64,000 nt of DNA from Shigella phage ESh15: sequence record ON528725, one strand, 5' to 3'. The position numbers and the translations under genes are program-made. Shown here piece by piece: positions 19,707-29,972 of this stretch (the first letter of the stretch is position 1; every line of letters begins with the position of its first letter). The notes under the pieces were generated by a model that saw only the letters and a program-made list of their open reading frames with translations, made no database searches and had not been told where the DNA came from.

Positions 19707-20177
19707 TTAATCATGTTTCCACACCCCATCGGTATTTGACCAAAGTCGCTGATTATCTGATCCTCGCCACAGCTTTTTGGTCGGAAGATTCTTCTCATAC
19801 TTCCCATCAATAATAACATCAACATATTTAAGCATTTCTAGTTGTTTAATATCTTCAAAATTATATCCTGTCCACAACCAAATGCTTTTATTGGGATAAA
19901 GATTTTTAATAGTTTGAACCACAGAGTGAATCACATCTCTGTTATCAGGATAGAGAGGGTCTCCTCCAGTTATAGTCAATCCTTCTATATAATCATTATT
20001 CAAACATTCAATTAATTGTTCTAGTGTTTCACCAGTGAATGGAATACCATTTCTAGCATTCCATGTTGATTTATTATAACACCCTTCGCATTTATGCAAA
20101 CACCCTGTAACGAAAAGAACAACCCTACAACCAGGGCCGTTCACAAAATCGCAAGGATAAAATCTATCATAATTCAT
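19707..20177 (-). CDS. nrdG: anaerobic ribonucleotide reductase activating protein (radical SAM)
   Basis: 156 aa; Cys-rich N-terminus CDFVNGPGCRVVLFVTGCLHKCEGC. Confidence 0.9.
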   Translation of the reverse strand: MNYDRFYPCDFVNGPGCRVVLFVTGCLHKCEGCYNKSTWNARNGIPFTGETLEQLIECLNNDYIEGLTITGGDPLYPDNRDVIHSVVQTIKNLYPNKSIWLWTGYNFEDIKQLEMLKYVDVIIDGKYEKNLPTKKLWRGSDNQRLWSNTDGVWKHD

Positions 20178-21991
20178 TGGTGTTTAACCCTATGCATGAT
20201 TTCTTTATTTTTACCGAGATTAAATCCGCGTTCGTTAGGATTTCCCAAATAACCGCAGGTCCTTCTTATAGTGTTCATCTTTTTAGGATCAGTTTCTCCA
20301 CAAACTGAACAAACAAATCCATTTTCAGTAGGAGTCATTTCATGAGTACTTCCGCATGTAAAACATTTATCCACTGGCATATTAACACCAAAATAATCTA
20401 AATGTTGCGCAGCATAATCCCAGACAGCCTCAAGTCCCTTTAAATTGTTTTTCATATCTGGAAGTTCAACATAAGAAATGTGACCACCTGTCGCAATGAA
20501 ATGATACGGCGCTTCACGAGAAATCTTTTCAAACGGAGTAATATTTTCTTCTACTGAAACATGGAAACTATTAGTGTACCAGCCTTTATCGGTAACATCT
20601 TTTACGCTTCCATATTTTTCAGTATCAAGTTTACAGAAACGATAACAAAGGTTTTCAGCAGGAGTAGAATATAAACTAAAAGCAAATCCAGTTCTTTCGG
20701 TCCACTGTTTAAGATGAGCATTCATTTTAGTTAAAATTTCTTGTCCAATATCACGACCAACAAGAATATTCAATTCATGAATACCAATGTATCCTAAAGA
20801 CACTGAACTTCTACCGTTTTTAAATAACTCAATTATATCGTCGTCAGGTTTAAGACGAACCCCAAATGCACCTTCTTGGTAAAGAATAGGAGCAACAGTA
20901 GCTTTAACTCCTTTTAAGGAACTAATTCTACACATCAAGGCTTCAAAGCACAGATCCATTCGTTCATTAAATAATTCGATAAATTTCTGTTCATTGAACT
21001 GTGTTCCAATATAAGAATCTAATGCGATACGAGGAAGATTCAGTGTTACAACACCGAGATTATTACGTCCATCAAGAATTTCATTACCAGTCGAATCTTT
21101 CCATACGCTCAAGAAACTACGGCAACCCATTGGAGAAACTGGAACTGAAGAACCGGTAATAGCTTTATTATTCTTAACAGAAATAATGTCAGGATACATT
21201 CTTTTGCTTGCACACTCTAGAGCGAGTTGCTTAATATCATAGTTCGGATCATCTTTATAAAGATTAACACCCTCTTCAACAAACATAACAAGTTTAGGAA
21301 AAATAGGAGTTATTCCATCACGGCCGAGACCTTTAATACGATTTTTCAGAATTGCTTTCTGAATCATTCGTTCAGTCCAATCGGTTCCTGTCCCAAATGT
21401 TATAGTAACAAAAGGAGTTTGACCGTTTGAACTAAAAAGAGTATTTACTTCATATTCATAAGCTTGGAATGCGTCATAGACATCTTTTTCTGTTTTAGAT
21501 TGAGCATAATTCAGAATGTCTGGTATTTGCCATTTTTCTGCATCTTCAACATGTTTAGCGTATGTACGTTTAACATAAGGAGAAAGAACTTTATCGACAT
21601 TTGCAAATGTAGTTCCGCCATACTGATGTGAAGCAACCTGTGCAGTAATTTGTGCCATAATTGCAGTAGCAACACCAATCGATTTAGGCGTTTCAATTTG
21701 AGCATTGCCTAATTTAAATCCATTCTCAAGCATCCCCTTTAAATCGACTAAACAACAATTAGTAAACGGAAGAGCAGGAGAATAATCAATATCATGCATG
21801 TGGATAATTCCACTTTCATGCGCATTCATAATAAAAGACGGGACCATATTTTTGGCAATGTGCTTAGACACAATACCAGCCATAAGGTCCCGTTGAGTTG
21901 GAAAAACACGAGAATCTTTATTAGCATTCTCGTTCAAAAGATCTTTATTAGTTTTATAAATTAATCCTTCAATTTCTTTTTCAATTTTCAT
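20174..21991 (-). CDS. nrdD: anaerobic ribonucleoside-triphosphate reductase (class III)
   Basis: 605 aa continuous ORF; C-terminal glycyl radical motif RRTCGYLG and Zn-ribbon cysteines CFTCG...CSVCG. Confidence 0.92.
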   Translation of the reverse strand: MKIEKEIEGLIYKTNKDLLNENANKDSRVFPTQRDLMAGIVSKHIAKNMVPSFIMNAHESGIIHMHDIDYSPALPFTNCCLVDLKGMLENGFKLGNAQIETPKSIGVATAIMAQITAQVASHQYGGTTFANVDKVLSPYVKRTYAKHVEDAEKWQIPDILNYAQSKTEKDVYDAFQAYEYEVNTLFSSNGQTPFVTITFGTGTDWTERMIQKAILKNRIKGLGRDGITPIFPKLVMFVEEGVNLYKDDPNYDIKQLALECASKRMYPDIISVKNNKAITGSSVPVSPMGCRSFLSVWKDSTGNEILDGRNNLGVVTLNLPRIALDSYIGTQFNEQKFIELFNERMDLCFEALMCRISSLKGVKATVAPILYQEGAFGVRLKPDDDIIELFKNGRSSVSLGYIGIHELNILVGRDIGQEILTKMNAHLKQWTERTGFAFSLYSTPAENLCYRFCKLDTEKYGSVKDVTDKGWYTNSFHVSVEENITPFEKISREAPYHFIATGGHISYVELPDMKNNLKGLEAVWDYAAQHLDYFGVNMPVDKCFTCGSTHEMTPTENGFVCSVCGETDPKKMNTIRRTCGYLGNPNERGFNLGKNKEIMHRVKHQ

Positions 21992-22461
21992 TTTAAACTC
22001 TTTCTAAGCTGCTTTTTGAATGAAGCTATTAATTGTGTTTTAGTATCAGATTCATTATATTCAAATCCTCTTTGAAGCATCTCGGTCATCATTTCCTCTT
22101 TACCTAGTCTTGAGAACTCTTTAGTTTTGTCTGGAACAAAATTAGGATGGATATTATTATCAGAATAATCTTGTTTCAAATAAGCAAGAAGAGCTTCAAG
22201 CCATTCGAGGTAATCAACGTTTTGACCTTTCAAACCGGAACGGTTGAACTTATGCTTCATTTGACCTTCTGCTGCGTTGCACAGATTACAGAGTAATCCA
22301 CGAACTCTACCGGCTTTTGGCCCGTTTAATTCATGGTCGTGGTCAAGATGGTTACCTTGAACATCAGGGTCTAATTCACGGTGGCAAATAGGACACTTAC
22401 CGTTCTGTGCATCATAAAATTTTTGTTTTTCTTCTTTATATTTTGCGCCTGATAATAACAT
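21988..22461 (-). CDS. 49: endonuclease VII (Holliday junction resolvase)
   Basis: 157 aa; CPICHREL...HLDHDHELNGPKAGRVRGLLCNLCN Zn-binding His-Cys box. Confidence 0.9.
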   Translation of the reverse strand: MLLSGAKYKEEKQKFYDAQNGKCPICHRELDPDVQGNHLDHDHELNGPKAGRVRGLLCNLCNAAEGQMKHKFNRSGLKGQNVDYLEWLEALLAYLKQDYSDNNIHPNFVPDKTKEFSRLGKEEMMTEMLQRGFEYNESDTKTQLIASFKKQLRKSLK

Positions 22462-22496
22462 GATAAACCCTTACCTTAAATAGATAAGGGTATTTA

Positions 22497-22910
22497 TTAA
22501 CTTAAACGTCTTTCTAAATATTCAATGTATTCTGCGGCTGCTTGCATCAGGTTACCTTCATAGCCGTCGTTATTTTCTTGTCCGGCTAATTTAGCTAATG
22601 CATAAGAAATTCGTTCACCTTCGAATTCGCCAAGTCCACCATCACAAACTACTTGGTCAATTTCTTCGAGTTCATCTATTGAATGGGATTCCCAGAAGCA
22701 CCAAAGAGAAGTATCACGGTCATAGATGCAAAGTTTCTCACCTGTGTTCAACATCACTTCGATAATGCCATGGTCGCCATAACCATCTTCGGTAGTAGTA
22801 CCAATTACCTTGATGATTGTTCCTTTCTTTAATTCAGGAAACTTGACTTGTAGTTCTTCGTCTTCTTTAACAATCTTGAACCATTTACCGCGAGTTTCAG
22901 AAATATTCAT
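22497..22910 (-). CDS. hypothetical protein
   Basis: 137 aa from internal Met; ORF-track extension to 23048 unlikely. Confidence 0.4.
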   Translation of the reverse strand: MNISETRGKWFKIVKEDEELQVKFPELKKGTIIKVIGTTTEDGYGDHGIIEVMLNTGEKLCIYDRDTSLWCFWESHSIDELEEIDQVVCDGGLGEFEGERISYALAKLAGQENNDGYEGNLMQAAAEYIEYLERRLS

Positions 22911-22911
22911 A

Positions 22912-23082
22912 TCAATATTCTCTATAAAAGTTACGATGAGAACGTTTAGCTTTGCGAAGCTGACGTTTAGTAGGACGAACTGTAAATGGTTGTCCAGAGA
23001 AAAAATTCGGATCGGTTTTAATAAGCAAATACCAATCATGCTTGCCATTTTTTAATAAACGGTACAATAATTTAACTTGCAT
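22912..23082 (-). CDS. small basic hypothetical protein (56 aa)
   Basis: ATG start with purine-rich upstream; ORF-track used a TTG further upstream. Confidence 0.3.
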   Translation of the reverse strand: MQVKLLYRLLKNGKHDWYLLIKTDPNFFSGQPFTVRPTKRQLRKAKRSHRNFYREY

Positions 23083-23210
23083 AATAATCTCTTCCCATTT
23101 CCATATCAATTAATTCATTTATTGAAGGTTCATCATAACATGGTTCTTCGTCGTTGTAAACAGTTTCGACGTCTGGCTCGACAGTCTCCCATCGAGCAGA
23201 ATACCACGGT

Positions 23211-23567
23211 TTAACCCCGGAGTTTATTGAGCTCTTCATAATCAATCCAGGATTCTAGCCCTGACGGAAGGTCACATTCAATGTTCCACAGAAGCTCTTC
23301 AATGGCTTGCAGGCGATTATATTCTTCAACGGTAATGGTAACCATTGGTGCAACCGGTTCTGCCTTTTTAACCATCATATCGTTCATAAGGACGTAAAGG
23401 TCATCACGAACGACGGTGTCGTTCCAACCCCATGATTTGGCTTCGTAAGCTAATGATGAAGGGAGCACATTTAAAACTTCAATAATAGTTGGAGCATCAG
23501 GACCAAGTTCATTGGCACAAACTTCGTATACATCTTGGAAATCTTTAAGATTTAATGAATATGTCAT
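23211..23567 (-). CDS. hypothetical protein
   Basis: 118 aa ORF. Confidence 0.45.
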   Translation of the reverse strand: MTYSLNLKDFQDVYEVCANELGPDAPTIIEVLNVLPSSLAYEAKSWGWNDTVVRDDLYVLMNDMMVKKAEPVAPMVTITVEEYNRLQAIEELLWNIECDLPSGLESWIDYEELNKLRG

Positions 23568-23827
23568 TTAAAATATTCTCGTAGTTGGTCAAATCCACCA
23601 ATATGACTTCCATCAGGAGCAAATACTTGAGGCATAGTCAATCCAACTTGTGATTCACGTCCAAGCTTAACCAGAAGCTCAGCAATTTTCTCATCATCGA
23701 ACACACCTTTTTCTGGCATCACGTTAATGAATTCGAACGGCTGTTTCTTAACAGTCAACAATCGTTTCGCATTATCACAATAAATGCATTTATGAATAGT
23801 AGAGTCATACCCGTACACTTTAAACAT
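23564..23827 (-). CDS. nrdC: glutaredoxin/thioredoxin
   Basis: 87 aa from MFKVYGYDSTIHKCIYCDNAKRLL, CxYC active site; matches T4 NrdC pattern. Confidence 0.85.
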   Translation of the reverse strand: MFKVYGYDSTIHKCIYCDNAKRLLTVKKQPFEFINVMPEKGVFDDEKIAELLVKLGRESQVGLTMPQVFAPDGSHIGGFDQLREYFK

Positions 23828-24233
23828 TATTTTTCCTTTCATCGATTAAATATGCAACGCCAAATACAATACATGTAATAAAACCTGTGATACAGATAGA
23901 AACCAACAACACTGTACCAAAGAACCAAATGATGTTATCTCGAGTATTTTGCTGAATATCCATCTCACGAATTTCTATAGCTATAGTATCACCTTTATTC
24001 AGAAGCGTATAAAACGATGGTGATACATGCCTGTCAAAAACTCGTCCTTGCTCATCTTTATAGACTGCAATAAATTCTAATTTAGAATATTTTCCTGTAG
24101 ATTGACCTGAGATTAATTCCACTACCTCCACAGGAATTACTTTAGTTTCCATGTAAGTATTCTGGCTGTTCCAAATGAATGGAATAATAGCAAAAACTAA
24201 AGCTGCGATAAAACAACGAAGGCTATATCTCAT
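23820..24233 (-). CDS. membrane protein
   Basis: 137 aa; N- and C-terminal hydrophobic segments. Confidence 0.45.
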   Translation of the reverse strand: MRYSLRCFIAALVFAIIPFIWNSQNTYMETKVIPVEVVELISGQSTGKYSKLEFIAVYKDEQGRVFDRHVSPSFYTLLNKGDTIAIEIREMDIQQNTRDNIIWFFGTVLLVSICITGFITCIVFGVAYLIDERKNNV

Positions 24234-24508
24234 TATAATGTTCTCTCAAATTTGTGGAAGCATTTACGGCATTTCAATTTCAAGTTATCACTAGTCCAGT
24301 TAACCAATTGGACTTGGATAGTTCCACATTCCGGACACGGGTGTTTTGCTGCCGATTTGGCAGCATTTTCACGTCGTTCAACCATTTTCATTATTTCGTT
24401 CCATGCAGGAGGAACGAACTCTTCTTCACCGTGGATTTTATCTCGCTGAACAAATTCAATCTTTGAACTATCATCAATAAACTTAACTAAGCCATGATTA
24501 GTGCTCAT
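24233..24508 (-). CDS. zinc-ribbon protein
   Basis: CPECG...CRKC pair; start at internal Met with GAGGA RBS. Confidence 0.45.
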   Translation of the reverse strand: MSTNHGLVKFIDDSSKIEFVQRDKIHGEEEFVPPAWNEIMKMVERRENAAKSAAKHPCPECGTIQVQLVNWTSDNLKLKCRKCFHKFERTL

Positions 24509-24537
24509 ATCAATATCCTCTAGAAGACGTAGGTTCA

Positions 24538-25479
24538 TTATAACACCTCAATGGCATTTCGTAAACCATCCGCTTTCGCATTCAGAGCTTTTAACGATTT
24601 AGTTTGTTCTGCAATCTGGGCTTCGACTTCTTTCAGACGAGATTTGAGGTACTCACGTTCTTCGCTCAGGTTATCAACCTTTTCAACTTTAGGTTCTTTA
24701 GGCTTATACTCGTTAGGGTTCTTCAGTTTAATTTGAATTCGAGAACTGAATAACATTGAACCGGTATCTTCGGTTTCGTCATACATTTCTACCACGTCCA
24801 TGATTCTTAACATCATGCGAAGTTTATAAGACAGCGAACGAACGGTTTTATTGTGCTTCTTAATTTCTTCAGCTTTCATGGTGCCAAGATTACGTGAGTA
24901 ATAATAAGGAACCTGGATATCAATTGATAATGATGCGTTACCATTACCTGTTGGTTTGAATACTGCAGTAACCCAATCTTTAACATGAACTTTATTTGTA
25001 CGATCATCACCGCCTGTGAATAATTTACATGAATGTTTAAAAAGCATATTCACTTGGTTATTGAATTCACAAGCAAATTTATCAGCAAATTTAGTTTCAG
25101 GAATGGTAGATAACCAATCAGCCAAATGAGTCTTTTTAACATCATTAACAATAGTGAATTCAACCAAATCTGTTTTAGATGTCACAGATTTAATAAAGCT
25201 CGGCTTCATAAAGTTTTTAATGTTATCGCGAGCTACAGTAGAAGATAATAAACGAGAACGTTTGAACCATTGAAGCAGTGTCCCTAATGAATGAGAATAT
25301 GCATTTTGAGTATCTTTACAGATATGATTTTCTTGGCCTGTGTATGTACCAAAATCGCGAAGAATACCACTTACTACAACTCGGTGTGGAACATCAAATC
25401 CTAGTGCGCCAGTAGCGCGCTGAGCATGAACGTTAGCGATAAGACCGGCAAAGTATTCAATGTAATGTGAACGTGTCAT
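24538..25479 (-). CDS. hypothetical protein with C-terminal coiled coil
   Basis: 313 aa ORF. Confidence 0.5.
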   Translation of the reverse strand: MTRSHYIEYFAGLIANVHAQRATGALGFDVPHRVVVSGILRDFGTYTGQENHICKDTQNAYSHSLGTLLQWFKRSRLLSSTVARDNIKNFMKPSFIKSVTSKTDLVEFTIVNDVKKTHLADWLSTIPETKFADKFACEFNNQVNMLFKHSCKLFTGGDDRTNKVHVKDWVTAVFKPTGNGNASLSIDIQVPYYYSRNLGTMKAEEIKKHNKTVRSLSYKLRMMLRIMDVVEMYDETEDTGSMLFSSRIQIKLKNPNEYKPKEPKVEKVDNLSEEREYLKSRLKEVEAQIAEQTKSLKALNAKADGLRNAIEVL

Positions 25480-25541
25480 AATATTTTCCTCTCGTTAAGA
25501 TAGATTCATTATACTCCAACCATCCTTGGTTGTAAACTGAT

Positions 25542-26498
25542 TTATGATTTTAATGCATTCATTGCGTTAAAAAGTTTAGAGTACTGCAACTGGAGATTGG
25601 TCACCACCTGTTGAGCATCACGAAGCTTAGCTTGTGCCTTATCAAGTTCAGCAGACAGTTGGTCTACAGTAGCCTTGATTTGATTGTAATGATAATCTTC
25701 AGCCGGAAGAAGGTCATTAGAAACATTTAGTTTTACTGCCGACAGTTTGCACACATTTGGCGAACCTTTAAACATACCAGATTGTGCTGGAGAATATGCG
25801 CCTAGAACCTCTGCATTACCGACTGGTGTTGCTGTGATATTGCCTTCAAACAATGCATTTTCCTTTTTAAGATTTTGATAGTATTCAGAGTCTTTGTGCC
25901 ACCATGGTGCAGGAACCTTTTTACCAATAGATACACGAGCCTGGATAGCGATATGGCCCTTATTCTTGATAACGTCGATAATATTAAGCTCACGAGAATA
26001 AATTGCTTTAATCTCGTGGATATTATCACCTAAAACTTCCAACGCTTGGTGGAATACACGAGCAACGTTATCATTCTTAGGTTTATACGTAAGAGTGAAC
26101 TCATTCTCACTGATAACCATGATTTCTAACTTATCGTAAGTATATTTCAAATGTTTCATGTTAATTGCTTGAGGACGAATACGAGAAGCAATGGCCATCA
26201 GATTGTTAAGGTTATTCCGGAACTGCTTAGCGAAATATTGTCCTTCACCGCCAATACAAAAATTACGAAGTTTCTGTTTAGCCAGTAAACGACTGAACTC
26301 ACCGTTTTTAATGAACTCTTTAACTGGTGTGTTAGTAACGCATTCGAATTGAGTAAACTTACGAGAAGTAATCCCGTAATATGAACAGATTTCCTCAATC
26401 TCTTCAGGAGTCTTTACAGGCATACGGATAGGATTAGGTCCTGGAGTATATGCGTTCGAGGTAAATTCTTTGATAAGTTCTCTACGTGTAATAGCCAT
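25542..26498 (-). CDS. hypothetical protein with C-terminal coiled coil
   Basis: 318 aa ORF; upstream motif TTATACTCCAACCATCCTTGGTTGTA shared with next gene. Confidence 0.5.
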   Translation of the reverse strand: MAITRRELIKEFTSNAYTPGPNPIRMPVKTPEEIEEICSYYGITSRKFTQFECVTNTPVKEFIKNGEFSRLLAKQKLRNFCIGGEGQYFAKQFRNNLNNLMAIASRIRPQAINMKHLKYTYDKLEIMVISENEFTLTYKPKNDNVARVFHQALEVLGDNIHEIKAIYSRELNIIDVIKNKGHIAIQARVSIGKKVPAPWWHKDSEYYQNLKKENALFEGNITATPVGNAEVLGAYSPAQSGMFKGSPNVCKLSAVKLNVSNDLLPAEDYHYNQIKATVDQLSAELDKAQAKLRDAQQVVTNLQLQYSKLFNAMNALKS

Positions 26499-26553
26499 TT
26501 TATATTCCTCATGTTGAAAAATTTATTATACTCCAACCATCCTTGGTTGTACA

Positions 26554-27549
26554 TCATTCCTTAAGAAGTTTTACTACTTGAATAAGATTAGCTCGTTCTG
26601 TTTTATTTTTACCGTTTAAGCCTGCTAATCGTGAGATTTCATCGTCAGTCTGTTGAATAGTTACATTAAGTTCGTTAATCAAAGTTTCAAAGTATTTGAT
26701 TTGCTCAGCATGTTTTGATTCAAATTTCTGAACAGGAATAACGTCTTGGTTTAGTTCGTCAATAAGGTCTTTAAGAGCATCTTCTTGGTTTATATCATAT
26801 TCAACTTCTTTTATTTCTTCAACGAGCTCGTCTTTATATCTAACGTCTTTTAGTCCTGGAGCTGGTCCTGAAATCTCTTCTTTAAGAGTACAAACATACC
26901 CAATACGGTATCCAATGCCGTCTCGCTTGATATCAACTTCGTCGATAAATCCACAATGTTTAAGTCCAGAGCCGATTATGTCAAAATATCCTTGACGTCG
27001 TCCTTCAAACGTTACACGAACTACTAATACAGTTTTGCCACCAACCTTTTGAAGCTCACATTTATAAAAGTTTGTTGAACCTGAATAACGCGGATGAGTT
27101 TTAAAGTTCATCTGACGATCTAGGCCCATTTGTAAACGTGCTGTTACAGCCATAAAACGTGTTTGGTTCTCGTTAAGATGAGCAACAATCCATTTCAAAG
27201 GCATTTTACACTGTTCACGACCGAACAAGTCAGTACGTCCTAGATTACGCAGGATGTTGTTAGAGTTAATCATCGACAGAACGTTAAGTTTATTCAGCGC
27301 GCTGAAGATTCCATCAGCCATTGATTTTCCATAACCTTTACACGCTTTAATAAGTGCTCGTGGCAGATTAGTATAGATTTCAGACGGCATATGAAAATCA
27401 AATTTACTAGTCAGTAATTGATGAACTTGGATAGCGATTTGCTCATAATTAAGTGCTCTGCGATCATTATGGTCTTTAAACCACACTTTAATCTGTGAAG
27501 CACATAAACCGTTAATTTCATGTTTTACCGCATCAGATGTAATACTCAT
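26554..27549 (-). CDS. hypothetical protein with C-terminal coiled coil
   Basis: 331 aa ORF. Confidence 0.5.
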   Translation of the reverse strand: MSITSDAVKHEINGLCASQIKVWFKDHNDRRALNYEQIAIQVHQLLTSKFDFHMPSEIYTNLPRALIKACKGYGKSMADGIFSALNKLNVLSMINSNNILRNLGRTDLFGREQCKMPLKWIVAHLNENQTRFMAVTARLQMGLDRQMNFKTHPRYSGSTNFYKCELQKVGGKTVLVVRVTFEGRRQGYFDIIGSGLKHCGFIDEVDIKRDGIGYRIGYVCTLKEEISGPAPGLKDVRYKDELVEEIKEVEYDINQEDALKDLIDELNQDVIPVQKFESKHAEQIKYFETLINELNVTIQQTDDEISRLAGLNGKNKTERANLIQVVKLLKE

Positions 27550-27611
27550 AACTATTTCCTCAGATTGAATTGGAACTCAAAACCATTATAACCCTTCCTT
27601 GGGTAAAGCGT

Positions 27612-28139
27612 TTATGCGTGAACCGTCTTTAAACGTTCTTCAAATTTCCGAAGAGTACTAATACGTTCTGCTTTCTGTTTTGTATAGTTTGCAATACGTT
27701 CTGAAGTGAGAGCGTATCGTTCGTTTACTGTTTCTTTCATGAAGTCAGGGATTTCACGAGAAGCTTTAATTTCATCAAACTTATCAAGTACTGCCTGATC
27801 TTCAGCGATTAAATTTTCGTACATCTCGATATCTTTCTTGATGAAGTCGATATCTTCCTGGGTTACTTTGGATAAACGAGATGCTTTATCCTTTTTGTAC
27901 TGCTCGTTAGTTTCACGAGACCAGAATAATGTACGTTTTTTGTTAGTGTTTTTGTAGACTTCCACAATTCCAACTGAATCGATGATAACAATCCAATTCC
28001 AGCGAGATTTGAAAATCTGACCTCCATCCACGGTAATCTCGTTACCATAAGCAACATCGTTAAAGAACTTGCTTTGTGCTTCAGATTTAAATTTACCGTC
28101 GTTATAATTTACCAGGTTGAAAATATCTTTAGCGTTCAT
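27612..28139 (-). CDS. hypothetical protein with C-terminal coiled coil
   Basis: 175 aa ORF. Confidence 0.5.
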   Translation of the reverse strand: MNAKDIFNLVNYNDGKFKSEAQSKFFNDVAYGNEITVDGGQIFKSRWNWIVIIDSVGIVEVYKNTNKKRTLFWSRETNEQYKKDKASRLSKVTQEDIDFIKKDIEMYENLIAEDQAVLDKFDEIKASREIPDFMKETVNERYALTSERIANYTKQKAERISTLRKFEERLKTVHA

Positions 28140-28166
28140 GTTTTACCTCCAGTAGTTGATAGGTCT

Positions 28167-28195
28167 ATAATAACATAACCATAGACCTTGTAAAC
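28167..28195 (-). promoter_or_regulatory. T4 early-type (sigma70) promoter
   Basis: minus-strand GTTTAC-N17-TATTAT; inverted repeat AGGTCTAT/ATAGACCT around the -10. Confidence 0.5.
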
Positions 28196-28197
28196 AA

Positions 28198-28485
28198 CTA
28201 AAAGAAACTTTTTTCGGTATTTTTTCCACTGAACCAAACAGACTTCGGGATTTTTTGTAATTTTTCAGATTTAAGTTTCTCTTCCTGTTCTTTCTTATAT
28301 ACACCCTTGTCGTACTGGAGCATCTCTATGGCATTCTTTTGCAAACGATCTAAGGTAATTAAGGCTTTAGTTTTTCCTTTCAAGGAAGAGTCCTGGCGAA
28401 CCTCCTCGCTATATTGCATAGTAGAACTAACCATACGATGAGCATAGAGTTCGACTGCGGCTTTAATTTTTTGCATAAAATCCAT
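28198..28485 (-). CDS. hypothetical protein
   Basis: 95 aa, AGAGGA RBS. Confidence 0.45.
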   Translation of the reverse strand: MDFMQKIKAAVELYAHRMVSSTMQYSEEVRQDSSLKGKTKALITLDRLQKNAIEMLQYDKGVYKKEQEEKLKSEKLQKIPKSVWFSGKNTEKSFF

Positions 28486-28623
28486 AACATATCCTCTTTA
28501 ATTTGTACATCATTATTTTTAAATATTTCTATGCCCTCAGTAGGTTCCTGGTGTCCTTCTTTGAGATAAGCCATATGATTATTCATCTTTATGGCTTTTG
28601 TTACCTCAGGACTTCCTGTAAGC

Positions 28624-29616
28624 TTATTTCAGTAAAGTTACTTCGGAGATTTCCTCCCAACCATCTTTATCAGTTGAAATAAAATCTGCTACATAAAGAG
28701 CCGTACGTAATGATACATTGCGAAGACGAGATACGTTAGTCTTCATCCAGGACAATGCTTTATACGTTTCAGCATCAGTCAGACCACGTTTCTGCATCAT
28801 GTCAGTAGATAATATTACATCTTCAACTCGAACCATAATCTCTTCATTAGAGTGTACTCCAAGGTCCAAATAAACTGAACGAGATACTAAAGCTTGAAGG
28901 TGTGGAGCAAGTTTCGAACCACGTTCTAACTCTTTATCGATATCAACGTTTGTAATGAAAACGATAGTACCTTCAAACTCAAATTCTTTATCGATACCCT
29001 TATCATCAAGATAAGATGATGCAGTGCTCCAGCAAACTTTGCGTTTATCACCGGTATCTAATGCTGCTTTAAGAAGGTTCAGGATGTCCATATCTGAGAA
29101 TACGTCAACGTCGTCGATTAAGAGAACGCTGTCTGCATCACGGTTGAGCCAAAGTTGTTCGTAAAGGCCAATACCAGAGATTTTACCATTAATGCTTTTG
29201 TATTTGATGAAACCATTATCATTAGCATTATTAAGTGCTTTATCCAGAGAATACGTCTTACCAATACCAGCTGCACCTGAAATAATGAGTGAACGAATTT
29301 TGCCATCGATAATGCCATTCGTCATCATGTTCATTACTTTAAAGCGTTTGTTGATACGAGTTTTCATATCTTCAGTGCTTTCAACAACTGCAACTGGAGA
29401 TGTTTCAACTCCTTCCATTACGATGTCTGATTTGAAGACCCATACTCCACGTTCAGAACCATCAATCATAACGAAAATTTTACCATCACCTAAGTGGGAA
29501 CATTCAGGATTAAGCTTTGCCGGGAACCATGTCTTTGTGGCAACATAAGAACCAGAAATTTCGTTATTGCGATAGATACCTTTTTTGATTTGAACGTTGA
29601 ACATTTTATTCTCCAA
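28624..29616 (-). CDS. P-loop ATPase (AAA-like)
   Basis: 330 aa; Walker A GAAGIGKT, Walker B VLLIDDVD. Confidence 0.55.
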   Translation of the reverse strand: MENKMFNVQIKKGIYRNNEISGSYVATKTWFPAKLNPECSHLGDGKIFVMIDGSERGVWVFKSDIVMEGVETSPVAVVESTEDMKTRINKRFKVMNMMTNGIIDGKIRSLIISGAAGIGKTYSLDKALNNANDNGFIKYKSINGKISGIGLYEQLWLNRDADSVLLIDDVDVFSDMDILNLLKAALDTGDKRKVCWSTASSYLDDKGIDKEFEFEGTIVFITNVDIDKELERGSKLAPHLQALVSRSVYLDLGVHSNEEIMVRVEDVILSTDMMQKRGLTDAETYKALSWMKTNVSRLRNVSLRTALYVADFISTDKDGWEEISEVTLLK

Positions 29617-29643
29617 ATTTACTCATTTCGTTTCGATAGGTCT

Positions 29644-29672
29644 ATAATAACATGTTTAAAGCAAAAGTAAAC
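29644..29672 (-). promoter_or_regulatory. T4 early-type (sigma70) promoter
   Basis: minus-strand GTTTAC-N17-TATTAT upstream of the ATPase gene. Confidence 0.5.
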
Positions 29673-29674
29673 AA

Positions 29675-29893
29675 TTATTTGCGACGAGATTTTTTGGTAA
29701 GAGGTTGAAAGAACACTGCTTTACCGGCCGGGGTTAAGGTGACCCGTAATGCATTACCGATTCCTAAGGATGCTTTAACTAGACCTTTAGCTTTCAGTTC
29801 ACCGAATGCTTGACGTTGGTCTGCATCACGAGTGTTAACCATAAGACCTTTATCACCTGCTTCACGAATCATTTCTAACATTTTGGTTTTCAT
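29675..29893 (-). CDS. hypothetical protein (72 aa)
   Basis: start at internal Met with GAGGAGAA RBS; ORF-track start runs through the promoter. Confidence 0.45.
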   Translation of the reverse strand: MKTKMLEMIREAGDKGLMVNTRDADQRQAFGELKAKGLVKASLGIGNALRVTLTPAGKAVFFQPLTKKSRRK

Positions 29894-29921
29894 TTTGTTC
29901 TCCTCTTGTTTTGATAGGTCT

Positions 29922-29950
29922 ATAATAACATATCCTAAAAGCATGTACAC
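29922..29950 (-). promoter_or_regulatory. early-type promoter-like element
   Basis: minus-strand GTGTAC-N17-TATTAT. Confidence 0.4.
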
Positions 29951-29972
29951 TACTTTTTAAAAATATTTTAAC

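Noticed and set aside
19604-19825. 73-aa ORF overlapping the nrdG 3' end
   Set aside because: Most of it is an alternate frame of nrdG; only a short tail of about 36 codons is non-overlapping and it lacks a clear RBS.
28380-28586. 68-aa ORF overlapping the 28198..28485 gene in another frame
   Set aside because: No Shine-Dalgarno before either candidate ATG, while the overlapping gene has a good RBS.
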